A stretch of 64,000 nucleotides of DNA from Bugula neritina (taxonomy: Eukaryota > Animalia > Bryozoa): NCBI GenBank assembly GCA_964035545.1, contig OZ037765.1, positions 15,872,995-15,936,994 on the forward strand, given 5' to 3'. Below are positions 62,878 to 64,000 of this stretch, piece by piece; position 1 is the stretch's first letter; each line of letters starts with the position of its first letter. The position numbers and the translations under genes were made by a program. The notes beneath the pieces are model-generated. The model saw only the letters and a program-made list of their open reading frames with translations. It had not been told where the DNA came from and did not search any database.

Positions 62878-63368
62878 GCTGTTCTAGTTCAACATGAATT
62901 TTTTTCAAAGAGTGTTTTAAATAAATTTTGAGCACAGCTACTGCTAATATTTCACATACAAGTACAAGGGATATTTTAGTTTTCTGCATGGATAAAATTC
63001 TATAGCATGTTTAATTTACTAGCCTTAGAATTATAGCAACTGGAATGCATTTTGTGTAAAATGGTTATTGCAAGCATTATCCAATTCATATTCACATTGT
63101 AATCACAGCAAAACTTAAACTTTATAGCTTTATATTTACAAGCATGAGTGAGTTTTAAATTTTTTTTTAATTTTATATGCATAAAAAATGTGTTTAAAAA
63201 CTTTACCAATAAATGAAACTAAAAACATGTACACATAAAAGAAAAAAAAATAATAAAATAACAAAAGTGGCAAAATTTTCTCTTTATAACTTATATAAAC
63301 TCGCGATACCAATTTTGGCATAATGACTCCTCATGCTCTAAAGTCGCCACTCCGGATATACCACTCTG
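62878..63368 (-). repeat. Inverted composite copy of 62133-62260 plus 60852-61215
   Basis: Reverse-complement matches to both segments. Confidence 0.8.
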
Positions 63369-64000
63369 TTTAAAAGCCACTCGTAAAAATTTTTGTATTG
63401 TGATAACTTAATCAGCCAATTTTGGAATAACATTCAACACTCATTGTAAACATTGTTATTTAATTTTGACTTTGACAATTAGATGACGGACTTATATGTT
63501 AATACTTATATCGCCTACGCCTTCTTAATTATCGCTTTTATGCTGTCAACTTCACTAATTCATGATGTTTCCAAAGGGAATCAAATAGCGATTAGGCTAG
63601 TTAGATTTCACTTTTTGAAAATAAGCTTCCGCATCAATATGATTTCAAGGATTTTCAGTTTGACTATAAAGGGGTACCCGGACAAGCATTATTAACTGAA
63701 ACTCAGAACTTTTTTCAGCAGAGGTATAAACACAACTTTACACATGTGTCAAGTCAGTAGATCTTATTATTTCTTCTAACTGGATATTTTCAGTCAGTAT
63801 AAATGATAATGCAAGATAATGCAAGTATCATAATTAATATGTGAAAAGAGCTACGTAAACTAGTTAGCACTTCTTTATTTTATCTGTTGAAAATTAATCG
63901 TTTCAAAACCTAACCTTGATCAGAACAAATATAGCAGGCTTGAATATTTTCATAGAACCTGTCAAAGGCTCAAAGCTGACCATTTTTATACGACCAAGCA

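Overview
AT-rich, intron-containing genomic DNA from an invertebrate animal (spliceosomal GT-AG introns, many transposons); it is not prokaryotic. There are three host genes, all on the minus strand. (1) The 5' part of EFTUD2/Snu114 (U5 116-kDa GTPase), with six coding exons at 396-3808. (2) POLE4, a histone-fold subunit of DNA polymerase epsilon, at 21647-22649. (3) A very large multi-exon gene (38516 to at least 62485) whose N-terminal exons encode a DUF3715 pseudo-PARP domain, making it a TASOR/TEX15-family transposon-silencing protein. The rest is dense with mobile DNA: a near full-length Rex1/Babar-like LINE, a PHD-ORF1 CR1/L2-like LINE, a 3' LINE fragment, tRNA-derived SINEs, solo LTRs, and several hAT, Harbinger and Tc1-like MITEs. 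The most striking system is a (TA)n-targeted Penelope-like retroelement (PLE) and hammerhead ribozyme cluster. Two divergent RT plus C-terminal GIY-YIG PLEs (Hydra-clade-like) are cut at almost the same 5' position and each keeps an intact ~390-aa ORF. There are five hammerhead motifs of three families, an ORF-less inverted-repeat hairpin carrying two hammerheads, a non-coding element with a variant hammerhead, and a duplicated block that preserves both the filled and the empty insertion site. All calls were made by eye; no database searches were run.
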